Sequence record: PZ049719.1
Reading direction: 5' to 3' (one strand)
Source: a phage
DNA: 11,386 nt
The translations under genes and the position numbers were made by a program. This document shows positions 1 to 7,047 of the stretch, piece by piece. Position 1 is the first letter of the stretch. Each line of letters starts with the position of its first letter. Below the pieces are notes generated by a model, which saw only the letters and a list, made by a program, of their open reading frames with translations, had not been told where the DNA came from and made no database searches.

Positions 1-1094
1 ATGAAACCACGTGTGGCCGCTTCCACGGTTCGCTGTCCTGCCGGCAGTATCCGGTTGCGTATTTCCTCGACGTCTGCACGTGCGGTACGCCAGTCGCGAA
101 GGGCCTGTTGGATCTCCGCACGAACACGCAGCTCTGCCGCATTACGAAGATCACGCGCCTGTTCCGCCCGCCGTGCGGCCGCCAGAACATTGCCTTGGTT
201 ACGATCAAACAAAGGCAGCGGAACAGAGAGGCCGACGAGGTTGACGCGCTCACGCTCGATTTCGTCGTACTGGCTACCGATACTGACGCTTATGTCCGGG
301 TAGCGCTGGCTTCGCTGAAGCCCCAGCTCGGCTTCACTCAAGGCCACTTGGCGCAGAGCCCTACGCATATCGGCACTCTCACGCACGCGCGCCAATAATG
401 CAGATTCGCTAGGCACCTCTGGCAGGTGTTCGAAACTGCCCAGCAAACTGCCAAACTCCGGTGCGTCGGTCCCGAGCAGGCGCGCTAGCATCTGTCGAGC
501 GTTGTCCCATTCCTGGCGTGCTCGCCGCAGGTCCAGTTGTACGGTCGCCAGTTGCATATCGGCGCGCGTCGCCTCCACTGGCGAAACTTTTCCGGCATCG
601 ACCTGTGCGTCGGCGACCTTAGCAGCCCGTTCGGCCAATGACAGAGAGGCCTCGGCCAGTCGCATGCCCTCTTGGGCACGCAAGGCGGCGAAGAAAGCCT
701 GGATCACATCTGCACGCAACCCCTGGCGTCGAAAGTCAAGGTCGGCATCCACCATCGAGCGATTGGCGTCCGCCACACCGATTCGAGCGCCGCGCTTGCC
801 GCCCAACTCGATCGGCTGAGTGATTGTGATTGAGCGAGTCTGGCGATCGGACTGAGTGTCTTCCACCTCGAATCCTAATTCCGGATTTGGAATAACCCCA
901 GCTTGGCGGCGCAGACCGCTCGCGATACCTATCTCCGACCGCGCGGCGGAGAATTCTGGGTTGCGTTCATACGCAAGGGACACGGCTCGCTCCAGTGTCA
1001 GACCTTCTTGCGCGCCCACCTCGAGCGACATCAGTGCCAGCCCGAGCCCAAGCAGGCCGCTGGCAAGCAGATACAAGCGTTTCTTTTGGTACAT
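1..1094 (-). CDS. czcC: Outer membrane efflux protein (OMF/TolC family), CzcC-like component of a heavy-metal RND efflux system; partial, C-terminus lies beyond the window start
   Basis: Minus-strand ATG at 1094..1092 opens a frame with no stop down to base 1; it is absent from the ORF track, presumably because no stop falls inside the window. Translation begins MYQKKRLYLLASGLLGLGLALMSLEVGAQEGLTLERAVSLAYERNPEF..., a signal peptide without a lipobox Cys followed by OMF-like sequence. Divergent from a CzcRS-like two-component system, as in known czcCBA/czcRS loci. The plus-strand ORFs listed over this region are Arg/Ala/Ser-rich antisense artefacts. The czcC symbol rests on context, not a search. 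Confidence 0.65.
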   Translation of the reverse strand, partial: MYQKKRLYLLASGLLGLGLALMSLEVGAQEGLTLERAVSLAYERNPEFSAARSEIGIASGLRRQAGVIPNPELGFEVEDTQSDRQTRSITITQPIELGGKRGARIGVADANRSMVDADLDFRRQGLRADVIQAFFAALRAQEGMRLAEASLSLAERAAKVADAQVDAGKVSPVEATRADMQLATVQLDLRRARQEWDNARQMLARLLGTDAPEFGSLLGSFEHLPEVPSESALLARVRESADMRRALRQVALSEAELGLQRSQRYPDISVSIGSQYDEIERERVNLVGLSVPLPLFDRNQGNVLAAARRAEQARDLRNAAELRVRAEIQQALRDWRTARADVEEIRNRILPAGQRTVEAATRGF

Positions 1095-1225
1095 ACGCAA
1101 CACTGCCGGGCAGTGCCCCCTTCATGTCGATCGCGTTTCTCCAGCCGCGCTAAACCGGCCAGATAGCTGATGGGTAAACGGCGGTGACTTTATATAAGGG
1201 CGGATATCGACCGGGTGACCACAAC

Positions 1226-1241
1226 ATTACGAATTTGTAAT
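1226..1241. promoter_or_regulatory. Palindromic box ATTACGAATTTGTAAT (ATTAC-N6-GTAAT) in the czcC/porin divergent intergenic region; candidate response-regulator operator
   Basis: Read directly from the sequence; half-sites are reverse complements. It lies 132 bp upstream of the czcC-like start and 159 bp upstream of the porin ATG. The GTAAT half-site resembles boxes reported for CopR/CusR-type OmpR-family regulators, but that comparison is from memory. Confidence 0.4.
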
Positions 1242-1272
1242 CCACGGAATACTTGCGGTTGCGTCGCTACAG

Positions 1273-1288
1273 ATTACGAGATCGTCAT
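1273..1288. promoter_or_regulatory. Second related box ATTACGAGATCGTCAT (ATTAC-N6-GTCAT) upstream of the porin gene
   Basis: Same half-site spacing as the 1226..1241 box, with one mismatch in the right arm; 112 bp upstream of the porin ATG. Confidence 0.3.
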
Positions 1289-1399
1289 TTGCCGCTAATC
1301 CTGCGGTCATTTGTAGGGGGAGATCATGGCCAGGCGCTAAAACAAAAAGGCAAGAGACGTCATTCGAACGCTGACATGCCGTATATCAGGAGCATCATC

Positions 1400-2722
1400 A
1401 TGAGCAAAAAGGCCGCCCTTTCACTGACAGCTCTTTCATTGGCACTGGGCGGCGCCTCGGTCTTTGCCCAGTCGGAAACAGCAGCGGAGGGCTTCATCGA
1501 AGGCAGCACGCTATCGCTGATCAATCGCAACTTTTATTTCAATCGAGATTTCCGCGACGGTGAGAACGCAACCGGCAATGGCTACTCTGAGGAATGGGCT
1601 CAAGGGCTGATGGCCTTCTTCGAGTCCGGATATACCCAAGGCTCGGTGGGGATCGGCGTCGACGCCTTCGCCATGCTCGGCCTCAAGCTCGATTCTGGAT
1701 CAGGACGTTCCGGTGCTGGCGGAACCGTCGATCTTCTCCCCTACAATAGCGCCGGCGATGCCGAGGATGACTTTTCTCGAGTAGGGGGGGCCGTGAAAGC
1801 ACGGTTCTTGGGCACCGAGATCAAGGCAGGCGATGTATTTCCCGCTACTCCTGTCGTGCACTTTGGTGACGCACGGCTGCTGCCGGAGTCTTTCAAGGGT
1901 GTCACCGTTGTGAACAACTCGCTGGACGACCTCACCCTCCAGGGCGGCCGCCTGCACGCGATGAGCCAGCCCAATACCAGCAACACGAACGATGACTTCG
2001 TCACGTTTTATGGCGGCGGCGTCGACTCGCCTTGGCTCGGCTACGCAGGCGGCGACTATAGCGTGAACGAAAACCTCAGTCTTAGCCTGTATACCAGCCG
2101 GCTGAAGGATGCCTGGGATCAACATTATTTCGGTGTCTCGGCCACCTATCCACTTTCCGATGCCGTCGTGCTGCTGGGCAGCTTCAACTACTACAAGGCA
2201 ACCGACGAAGGTCGGAAATTGCTGGGCGAGTTTAACAACAGCATCTGGAGTTCCAGTCTGGGTGTCGCCTTCGGCGCGCACACCGTCACGGCGTCGTATC
2301 AGCGAAACAACGGTAACAACGACTTTGACTACTTGCGCCAAGCGGACTCGATCTACCTGAATAACTCCATCCAGTACAGTGATTTCAACTCACCTAAAGA
2401 GCAGTCCTGGATGCTGCGTTATGACCTGAACATGGCGGGTTACGGCATACCTGGGCTTACGTTCATGACTCGCTACGCCCGCGGCTGGGGCGCCGATTAC
2501 AGCAACGCAAATGAGGTATATATGCGCCAAGACGATAACGGCGCGCCTCTGTCCGGACAGAAGCGCTGGGAACGCGACGTCGAAGCACGCTACGTTGTAC
2601 AGACAGGCTCGTTCAAGGACCTCTCTCTGCGGGTGCGCCAGGCTACAACACGGGCGACTGCTTTCGAGTCCGACCTCAATGAGGTTCGATTCATCGCCGA
2701 GTACCCGCTCTCGATCCTGTGA
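1400..2722 (+). CDS. OprD-family (Occ) outer membrane porin
   Basis: The ORF track extends to a TTG at 1253, but the likely start is the ATG at 1400, preceded by AGGAG at 1388..1392. Product begins MSKKAALSLTALSLALGGASVFA (signal peptide) then EGFIEGSTLSLINRNFYFNRDFRDG..., the characteristic N-terminal signature of OprD/Occ porins. Length about 440 aa fits the family. Confidence 0.85.
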   Translation: MSKKAALSLTALSLALGGASVFAQSETAAEGFIEGSTLSLINRNFYFNRDFRDGENATGNGYSEEWAQGLMAFFESGYTQGSVGIGVDAFAMLGLKLDSGSGRSGAGGTVDLLPYNSAGDAEDDFSRVGGAVKARFLGTEIKAGDVFPATPVVHFGDARLLPESFKGVTVVNNSLDDLTLQGGRLHAMSQPNTSNTNDDFVTFYGGGVDSPWLGYAGGDYSVNENLSLSLYTSRLKDAWDQHYFGVSATYPLSDAVVLLGSFNYYKATDEGRKLLGEFNNSIWSSSLGVAFGAHTVTASYQRNNGNNDFDYLRQADSIYLNNSIQYSDFNSPKEQSWMLRYDLNMAGYGIPGLTFMTRYARGWGADYSNANEVYMRQDDNGAPLSGQKRWERDVEARYVVQTGSFKDLSLRVRQATTRATAFESDLNEVRFIAEYPLSIL

Positions 2723-2781
2723 AGCACTACGAGCAACACCACATCTTCTTTTTGTGCTCCCTTGGTTTGAAGATGTGTTTC

Positions 2782-2807
2782 AGGCGCCCGTAGGGCGCCT
2801 TTTTTTG
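2782..2807 (+). terminator. Rho-independent terminator downstream of the porin gene
   Basis: AGGCGCCC-GTAG-GGGCGCCT forms a perfect 8-bp GC-rich stem with a 4-nt loop, immediately followed by a run of seven T, about 60 bp after the porin stop. Confidence 0.75.
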
Positions 2808-2853
2808 CTTAAGTGCACCTCCTTGCGCTGCGGGCCAACCAAATGACAGGTAG

Positions 2854-2869
2854 ATTACAAATTTGCAAG
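2854..2869. promoter_or_regulatory. Related box ATTACAAATTTGCAAG upstream of the response-regulator gene; candidate autoregulatory operator
   Basis: Left half-site ATTAC and the AAATTTG core match the 1226 box; the right half-site is degenerate (GCAAG versus GTAAT). Sits between the porin terminator and the regulator start. Confidence 0.3.
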
Positions 2870-3038
2870 ACAGCCCCGCAGGACTTTTACCGCGTTAAAG
2901 TGCTTCCCGCTTCCCTAGGCTGATCTTTACGGCCAGCCTTCCATGCTGGGCAAGCCGCGTTAGTCTTGGCCTAGTTGCTACATGAATAATTTTTTGGTTC
3001 CGCTTACCGCGCACCTCATTGCTGAGTCATCTGAAAAC

Positions 3039-3713
3039 ATGCGCATTCTGGTTGTAGAAGACGAGATTAAAGCTGCGGAATACCTGCAGCAGGGTCTCAT
3101 CGAGTGTGGTTACACGGTCGATTGCGTAAGTGATGGGCTCGATGGATTCCACCTGGCACTGCAGAACGACTATGACATCGTGCTGCTAGACGTGAATCTG
3201 CCAACCATGGACGGGTGGGAGGTGCTCGAACTCATCAGGCGACGTAAGCAGACACGCGTCATCATGCTGACGGCCAATGGCCGCTTAGAGCAAAAGGTCC
3301 GCGGCCTGGAGTCGGGCGCCGACGACTATATGGTCAAGCCGTTCCAGTTCCCCGAGCTGCTCGCTCGTATCCGAACATTGTTGCGGCGAGGCGAGGCGGT
3401 CGCACTCCCGAGCAACCTGCGTGTAGCCGACCTCGAACTCGACCCGGGCCGGCATCGGGCCTACAGGAGCGGTCAGCGTATTGATCTCACCAGCAAAGAA
3501 TTTGCGTTACTGCATCTGCTCATGCGCCGGACTGGCGAGGTTCTGACGCGCACCGAAATAACCGCCCTGGTGTGGGACATCAACTTCGACTGCGATACCA
3601 ATGTGGTGGATGTTGCAATCCGTCGCCTACGGATGAAGGTGGACGAACCCTTTGGCGATCGCCTGATACACACCATTCGCGGTGTCGGCTACGTGCTGGA
3701 GGCGCGGCCTTGA
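3039..3713 (+). CDS. czcR: OmpR/PhoB-family two-component response regulator, heavy-metal type (CzcR/CopR/CusR-like)
   Basis: Translation MRILVVEDEIKAAEYLQQGLIECGYTVDCVSDGLDGFHLALQNDYDIVLLDVNLPTMDGWEVLELIRRRK... contains the receiver domain with the phospho-acceptor Asp in LLDVNLP, followed by a winged-helix output domain (...IRGVGYVLEARP). The ORF track begins at ATG 2982; I prefer ATG 3039 because this family typically starts MRILVVEDE, though neither start has a strong Shine-Dalgarno. The czcR symbol is by context (czcC-like OMF, porin, overlapping kinase). Confidence 0.8.
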   Translation: MRILVVEDEIKAAEYLQQGLIECGYTVDCVSDGLDGFHLALQNDYDIVLLDVNLPTMDGWEVLELIRRRKQTRVIMLTANGRLEQKVRGLESGADDYMVKPFQFPELLARIRTLLRRGEAVALPSNLRVADLELDPGRHRAYRSGQRIDLTSKEFALLHLLMRRTGEVLTRTEITALVWDINFDCDTNVVDVAIRRLRMKVDEPFGDRLIHTIRGVGYVLEARP

Positions 3714-5083
3714 AGCCACTCAGCCTCGCATCGCGTCTCGCGCTTCAAATCACATTGACCGGCGCCGTCTTGGTCGCGCTGTTGATTGCACTGAGCTACT
3801 GGGTACTTGTGCGCCAACTGGAACTGCGCGCCCAGGAGGAAGTGACGGCCAAGCTCTCGCAGATCGATCATGGACTCCTAGAAGACACCAAAGCCCGTAT
3901 GGGCCGCTCCTGGCAACACGCACTGAGCGATACGGTACTCGGCCATGACAACCTTTCGATTACCGTCATCGGCGATAGAGCCAAATCCCCCATTTTTAGT
4001 ATCGGCCGGTTCGCCCATGCGCCGCAGCAGATGGATCTTGTGAACAGAGACGGTGAATACCTAGGCTGGACCACGGAAGACGGCGTGCAGATGCTAACCG
4101 GGCGCAAGCAAATACAGGTCCCGGGACTGGCTCCAATGACGCTTTTACTTACGCAAGATCGCAGTGCCGATCAACTGCTAGTGGCTGCATTCCTGCGCTC
4201 GGCCTTAGTGACTGTGCCGATGCTGCTGATGTTGATCGGGTTGGCTGGATGGCTAGTTGCTAACAACGGTTTGCGACCGCTTCGCAAGTTTCGGGCCTTG
4301 GCGACAAAGGTATCGACGCAGGATCTGTCACCCCGAATCCGCAGCGATCAGCTTCCACTAGAGCTTCAGGAATTGGCGCACAGCCTCAACGTAATGCTTC
4401 ATCGACTCGATGACGGAGTTCAGCAACTGTCACAATTCTCGGACGATGTGGCCCATGAGTTGAAGACTCCCCTAAATAACCTGATAGGCAAGGCGCAGGT
4501 GACATTGGTGCGTGAGCGAAGCAAGGAGCAATATAGGGAAGTGCTCGAATCGTCGGTCGAAGAGCTCGAACGCATGGATCGAATCGTGTCAGACATGCTG
4601 TTTCTCGCCCAGGCCAGCCACGCCAGCCCAGCACTGAAACTCGAACAACTATCCCTGGGAAGTGAGGCGAATCGCGTCTGTGAATACCTCGAAGTCCTCG
4701 CCGAAGAAGCCGGAGTCGCAACGACGGTAACGGGCGATGCCATAGTTCTAGGAAATCGGCTTATGGTCCAACGGGCCATTTCCAACCTGCTATCCAACGC
4801 GTTGCGGCATTCGAATACTGGCAGCACGGTCGAAATTAAGATACTTGAGAAGGACATAGACATCGTCTCGCTGGCTGTCACCAATCATGGCGCGACTATC
4901 GAATCGGATCATCTCCCGCACCTGTTCGACCGCTTTTACCGCGTTAACGGCATACAACCTCGTGGGGCAGGATTGGGGCTAGCTATTGTCCGTTCAGTGA
5001 TGAACCTCCACAAAGGCCACGTGGCCGTCGCCAGCAAAGACGGTCGGACCACATTCGAACTCACCTTTCCTCGGCACGCCTGA
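3710..5083 (+). CDS. czcS: Heavy-metal sensor histidine kinase (CzcS/CusS/CopS-like)
   Basis: Two predicted transmembrane segments flank a periplasmic region. H-box FSDDVAHELKTPLNNL with the His codon at 4454..4456; N-box LLSNALRHS; DRFYRV; G-box GAGLGLAIVRSVMNLHKGHV. The only plausible start is TTG 3710..3712, overlapping the regulator stop (TGA 3711..3713) and preceded by GGAGG at 3698..3702; the first in-frame ATG lies far downstream and would delete the first transmembrane segment. Confidence 0.8.
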   Translation: MKPLSLASRLALQITLTGAVLVALLIALSYWVLVRQLELRAQEEVTAKLSQIDHGLLEDTKARMGRSWQHALSDTVLGHDNLSITVIGDRAKSPIFSIGRFAHAPQQMDLVNRDGEYLGWTTEDGVQMLTGRKQIQVPGLAPMTLLLTQDRSADQLLVAAFLRSALVTVPMLLMLIGLAGWLVANNGLRPLRKFRALATKVSTQDLSPRIRSDQLPLELQELAHSLNVMLHRLDDGVQQLSQFSDDVAHELKTPLNNLIGKAQVTLVRERSKEQYREVLESSVEELERMDRIVSDMLFLAQASHASPALKLEQLSLGSEANRVCEYLEVLAEEAGVATTVTGDAIVLGNRLMVQRAISNLLSNALRHSNTGSTVEIKILEKDIDIVSLAVTNHGATIESDHLPHLFDRFYRVNGIQPRGAGLGLAIVRSVMNLHKGHVAVASKDGRTTFELTFPRHA

Positions 5084-5231
5084 TTCAAAGTGATACGGCT
5101 TGGTACCCACTCCCCATCAGACCAACGCCATACATTAATCTCATAATGCATGCATGGCCTAATCGAGCGTGGGATGGTCTACAAAAACGATGAGTTTAAA
5201 ACAGAGCCGAATCGGCAGAAAGCGATGGTTA

Positions 5232-5247
5232 ATTACTGCTTTGTAAT
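5232..5247. promoter_or_regulatory. Box ATTACTGCTTTGTAAT (perfect ATTAC-N6-GTAAT half-sites) upstream of the small secreted-protein gene
   Basis: Same architecture as the 1226..1241 box; 71 bp upstream of the ATG at 5318. A 6-bp-stem hairpin (5266..5281, TAAGGG-TCAA-CCCTTA) lies between the box and the start codon. Confidence 0.4.
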
Positions 5248-5317
5248 GCGAAGAACATCTTCTGGTAAGGGTCAACCCTTTAATCTAAAGGTATCTACTA
5301 ACCCAAGAGGGTAACAA

Positions 5318-5635
5318 ATGAACCGCCCTGCTAAAGTAATCCTGCCGTTCTTTCTGGCCGCTGCTTCTTCGCTCGCTATGGCTGAAGACGGAGGGGAACT
5401 AACAATGCAGCGCCTTGAGAGTGCGTCAGTAACAAATCCCACCCTTAAAATACTTGTTAAAGAAGGTAAAGTGCTGAGCATAGCACCTGCAGGGACGACC
5501 GGTACGACCGGAATGATTCAGAGTTATAGAACTAACGGCAAAGTTCAAACGTACGAGATGAAGGTTAAGACCCCTGATGGGAAGATCCATACGGTTGAGT
5601 TTTTGAGCGCCCCGGTTGGTATAAACAACGGCTAA
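5318..5635 (+). CDS. Small secreted/periplasmic protein of unknown function (105 aa, signal peptide plus beta-rich mature domain)
   Basis: ATG 5318 preceded by AGAGGG. N-terminus MNRPAKVILPFFLAAASSLAMA is a typical Sec signal peptide with an A-x-A cleavage site. The mature part (...GKVQTYEMKVKTPDGKIHTVEFLSAPVG) is Thr/Gly/Lys-rich, looks beta-stranded and has no Cys/His metal motif. It sits in a visibly A+T-rich segment between the kinase and the MerR gene. Family not recognised; PepSY-like or DUF2790-like are only guesses. Confidence 0.6.
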   Translation: MNRPAKVILPFFLAAASSLAMAEDGGELTMQRLESASVTNPTLKILVKEGKVLSIAPAGTTGTTGMIQSYRTNGKVQTYEMKVKTPDGKIHTVEFLSAPVGINNG

Positions 5636-6064
5636 CAGGCCAGTAAGCCCCAACGCCATTAATTTAATGCACGCGTCCTCGCTAATGCCAGCGAGAATTC
5701 CACAAGCCTCAACTTCCCGCCCATCACTGCAATTAGCCCGCAGTGATACGAGTTGTCGTTCGAGTGACTGCAGAGCGGTTATCTGCGACTTGACTTGAGA
5801 AATGTGTTCATCGAGCAAGGCATTAACGGCCGTACAAGGCTGGCGAGGGTCATCCTGGTAGCGTTGGAGTGCGTGAATCTCTGGAAGTGACAGATTCAGG
5901 ATTCGGCAGCTCCGGATGAAGGCTAGCCGCTCGCCATGCTTCTCGGTGTAGACACGATAGCCGTTCGCCTGGCGATCAGGCGGTGGCAGCAAGCCCTGCT
6001 GCTCATAGAAGCGGATCGTCTGTGTATCAATCCCTATTAGCCTTGCTAATTGACCAATGCGCAT
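5426..6064 (-). CDS. MerR-family metal-responsive transcriptional regulator (CadR/ZntR/PbrR-like) with an aberrant 3' extension
   Basis: N-terminus MRIGQLARLIGIDTQTIRFYEQQGLLPPPDRQANGYRVYT is the MerR helix-turn-helix; a dimerisation helix follows, with Cys at residues 77, 112 and 121 in the pattern of the CadR/PbrR/ZntR metal site. The ORF has no stop until 5426, giving 212 aa against roughly 135-150 aa typical of this group. The last 65-80 codons lie antisense to the small-protein gene and look non-native (...FTFFNKYFKGGICY). The coordinates are those of the open frame; the true functional 3' end is uncertain. Confidence 0.7.
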   Translation of the reverse strand: MRIGQLARLIGIDTQTIRFYEQQGLLPPPDRQANGYRVYTEKHGERLAFIRSCRILNLSLPEIHALQRYQDDPRQPCTAVNALLDEHISQVKSQITALQSLERQLVSLRANCSDGREVEACGILAGISEDACIKLMALGLTGLLAVVYTNRGAQKLNRMDLPIRGLNLHLVRLNFAVSSITLNHSGRTGRPCRCYAQHFTFFNKYFKGGICY

Positions 6065-6092
6065 CGTGTGAATCCTTATCGGCTCTGCATTA

Positions 6093-6123
6093 TTGACCTT
6101 GTAGTAGCTATAGGGCTTTTAAT
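6093..6123 (+). promoter_or_regulatory. MerR-type promoter/operator: -35 TTGACC, 19-bp spacer with imperfect dyad, -10 TTTAAT
   Basis: TTGACC (6093..6098), then the 19-bp spacer TTGTAGTAGCTATAGGGCT, then TTTAAT (6118..6123). An overlong 19-20 bp spacer carrying a dyad is the hallmark of MerR-family activated promoters, and the arms ACCTTGTAG / CTATAGGGC resemble CadR/PbrR-type operators as I recall them. It lies in the divergent region between the MerR gene (start 6064) and the transporter gene (start 6157). Confidence 0.7.
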
Positions 6124-6156
6124 GACCCCATCTTCGATTTCAAGTGGAGCCGTATC

Positions 6157-7047
6157 ATGAGCAAGTCCGATGGTCCCTGCGGCTGCGATGCGACACCAGC
6201 CGCCGATGCCGGTGTGCAAAATCATTCCGATACGACGGGGCAATGGGTCAGTGTTTACGCCGTGCCCAAGATGGATTGTCCATCAGAAGAGCGAATGATC
6301 CGCTTGGCGCTGAATAGTTTGGACGGAATTCGGAAACTGACTTTTGATTTATCGGACCGTCGATTAGACGTCATGCATGACGGGGCCGTTGAGCCCATAA
6401 CTACAAAGCTGGCGGCGTTAGGGCTAGGCGCCACACTTCAGAAAACCGTCACTGCAGACCCGGAGATGATTAAAGCCGTCGAGAATTCGGCGGAATCTAC
6501 ACAGGAGTCCCGTTCCCTACGTTTACTGTTAGGCATCAACGCCTTCATGTTCGTGGTAGAGATGACTGCTGGTCTGGTCGCCAGGTCCGCGGGTCTGATT
6601 GCCGACTCGCTCGACATGTTCGCTGACGCGGCAGTGTACGGCCTAGCCCTTTATGCGGTGGGGCGTAGCGTCAGCCTGCAGGTGCGTGCTGCACACCTTG
6701 CTGGTGTGCTCCAGCTGATTTTGGCTCTCGGCGTGCTCGTAGAGGTATTTAGACGCTTTGTATTCGGCAGCGAGCCCGAGTCGCTGATAATGATGGCCGT
6801 CGCATTCCTGGCATTGCTCGCCAACATGGGTTGTTTGCTGCTGATTTCCAAACACAGGGAAGGCGGGGCCCACATGAAAGCGAGCTGGATATTTTCCGCC
6901 AATGATGTGGTCATCAACGTGGGCGTCATAGTCGCCGGAGCGCTCGTCGCTTGGAGTGGATCCAACTACCCAGACCTGATTATCGGTACTGTTGTGGGAT
7001 TCATCGTTCTCAACGGCGCTCGGCGTATTCTGGCGCTCAAGAGCTGA
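6157..7047 (+). CDS. CDF-like cation efflux membrane protein with N-terminal metal-binding domain; likely target of the adjacent MerR-family regulator
   Basis: ATG 6157 with GGAG 7 nt upstream. The N-terminal ~100 aa are soluble and carry a CGC motif (DGPCGCDATP) and an HMA-like loop VPKMDCPSEERMIRL. Six hydrophobic segments follow, including a CDF-like acidic motif in TM2 (IADSLDMFADAAVYG). The protein ends right after TM6, so it lacks the usual cytoplasmic C-terminal CDF domain. Confidence 0.75.
   Translation: MSKSDGPCGCDATPAADAGVQNHSDTTGQWVSVYAVPKMDCPSEERMIRLALNSLDGIRKLTFDLSDRRLDVMHDGAVEPITTKLAALGLGATLQKTVTADPEMIKAVENSAESTQESRSLRLLLGINAFMFVVEMTAGLVARSAGLIADSLDMFADAAVYGLALYAVGRSVSLQVRAAHLAGVLQLILALGVLVEVFRRFVFGSEPESLIMMAVAFLALLANMGCLLLISKHREGGAHMKASWIFSANDVVINVGVIVAGALVAWSGSNYPDLIIGTVVGFIVLNGARRILALKS

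Noticed and set aside
1-1170. Plus-strand ORFs from the track (1..303, 11..244, 108..398, 502..819, 638..823, 856..1170, 903..1166)
   Set aside because: They are Arg/Ala/Ser/Pro-rich, typical of wrong-frame translation of GC-rich DNA, and all lie antisense to the well-supported czcC-like frame on the minus strand.
1253-1399. Extended porin start at TTG 1253, as in the ORF track
   Set aside because: The extra 49 residues are Arg-rich and not signal-peptide-like; ATG 1400 has a good Shine-Dalgarno and begins a canonical signal peptide.
1700-2341. Minus-strand 213-aa ORF inside the porin gene, and the smaller ORFs at 1741..2004 and 2109..2360
   Set aside because: Fully embedded in the strongly supported porin coding region, with low-complexity composition; antisense or alternate-frame artefacts.
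4386-4884. Minus-strand ORFs of 111 and 154 aa inside the sensor kinase gene
   Set aside because: Embedded antisense to a gene with clear kinase motifs; composition is Arg/Ser-rich and not protein-like.
5266-5281. Hairpin TAAGGG-TCAA-CCCTTA just upstream of the small-protein gene, considered as a terminator for the kinase operon
   Set aside because: Short stem with no following T-run on the plus strand; more likely part of the promoter or 5' leader of the small gene.
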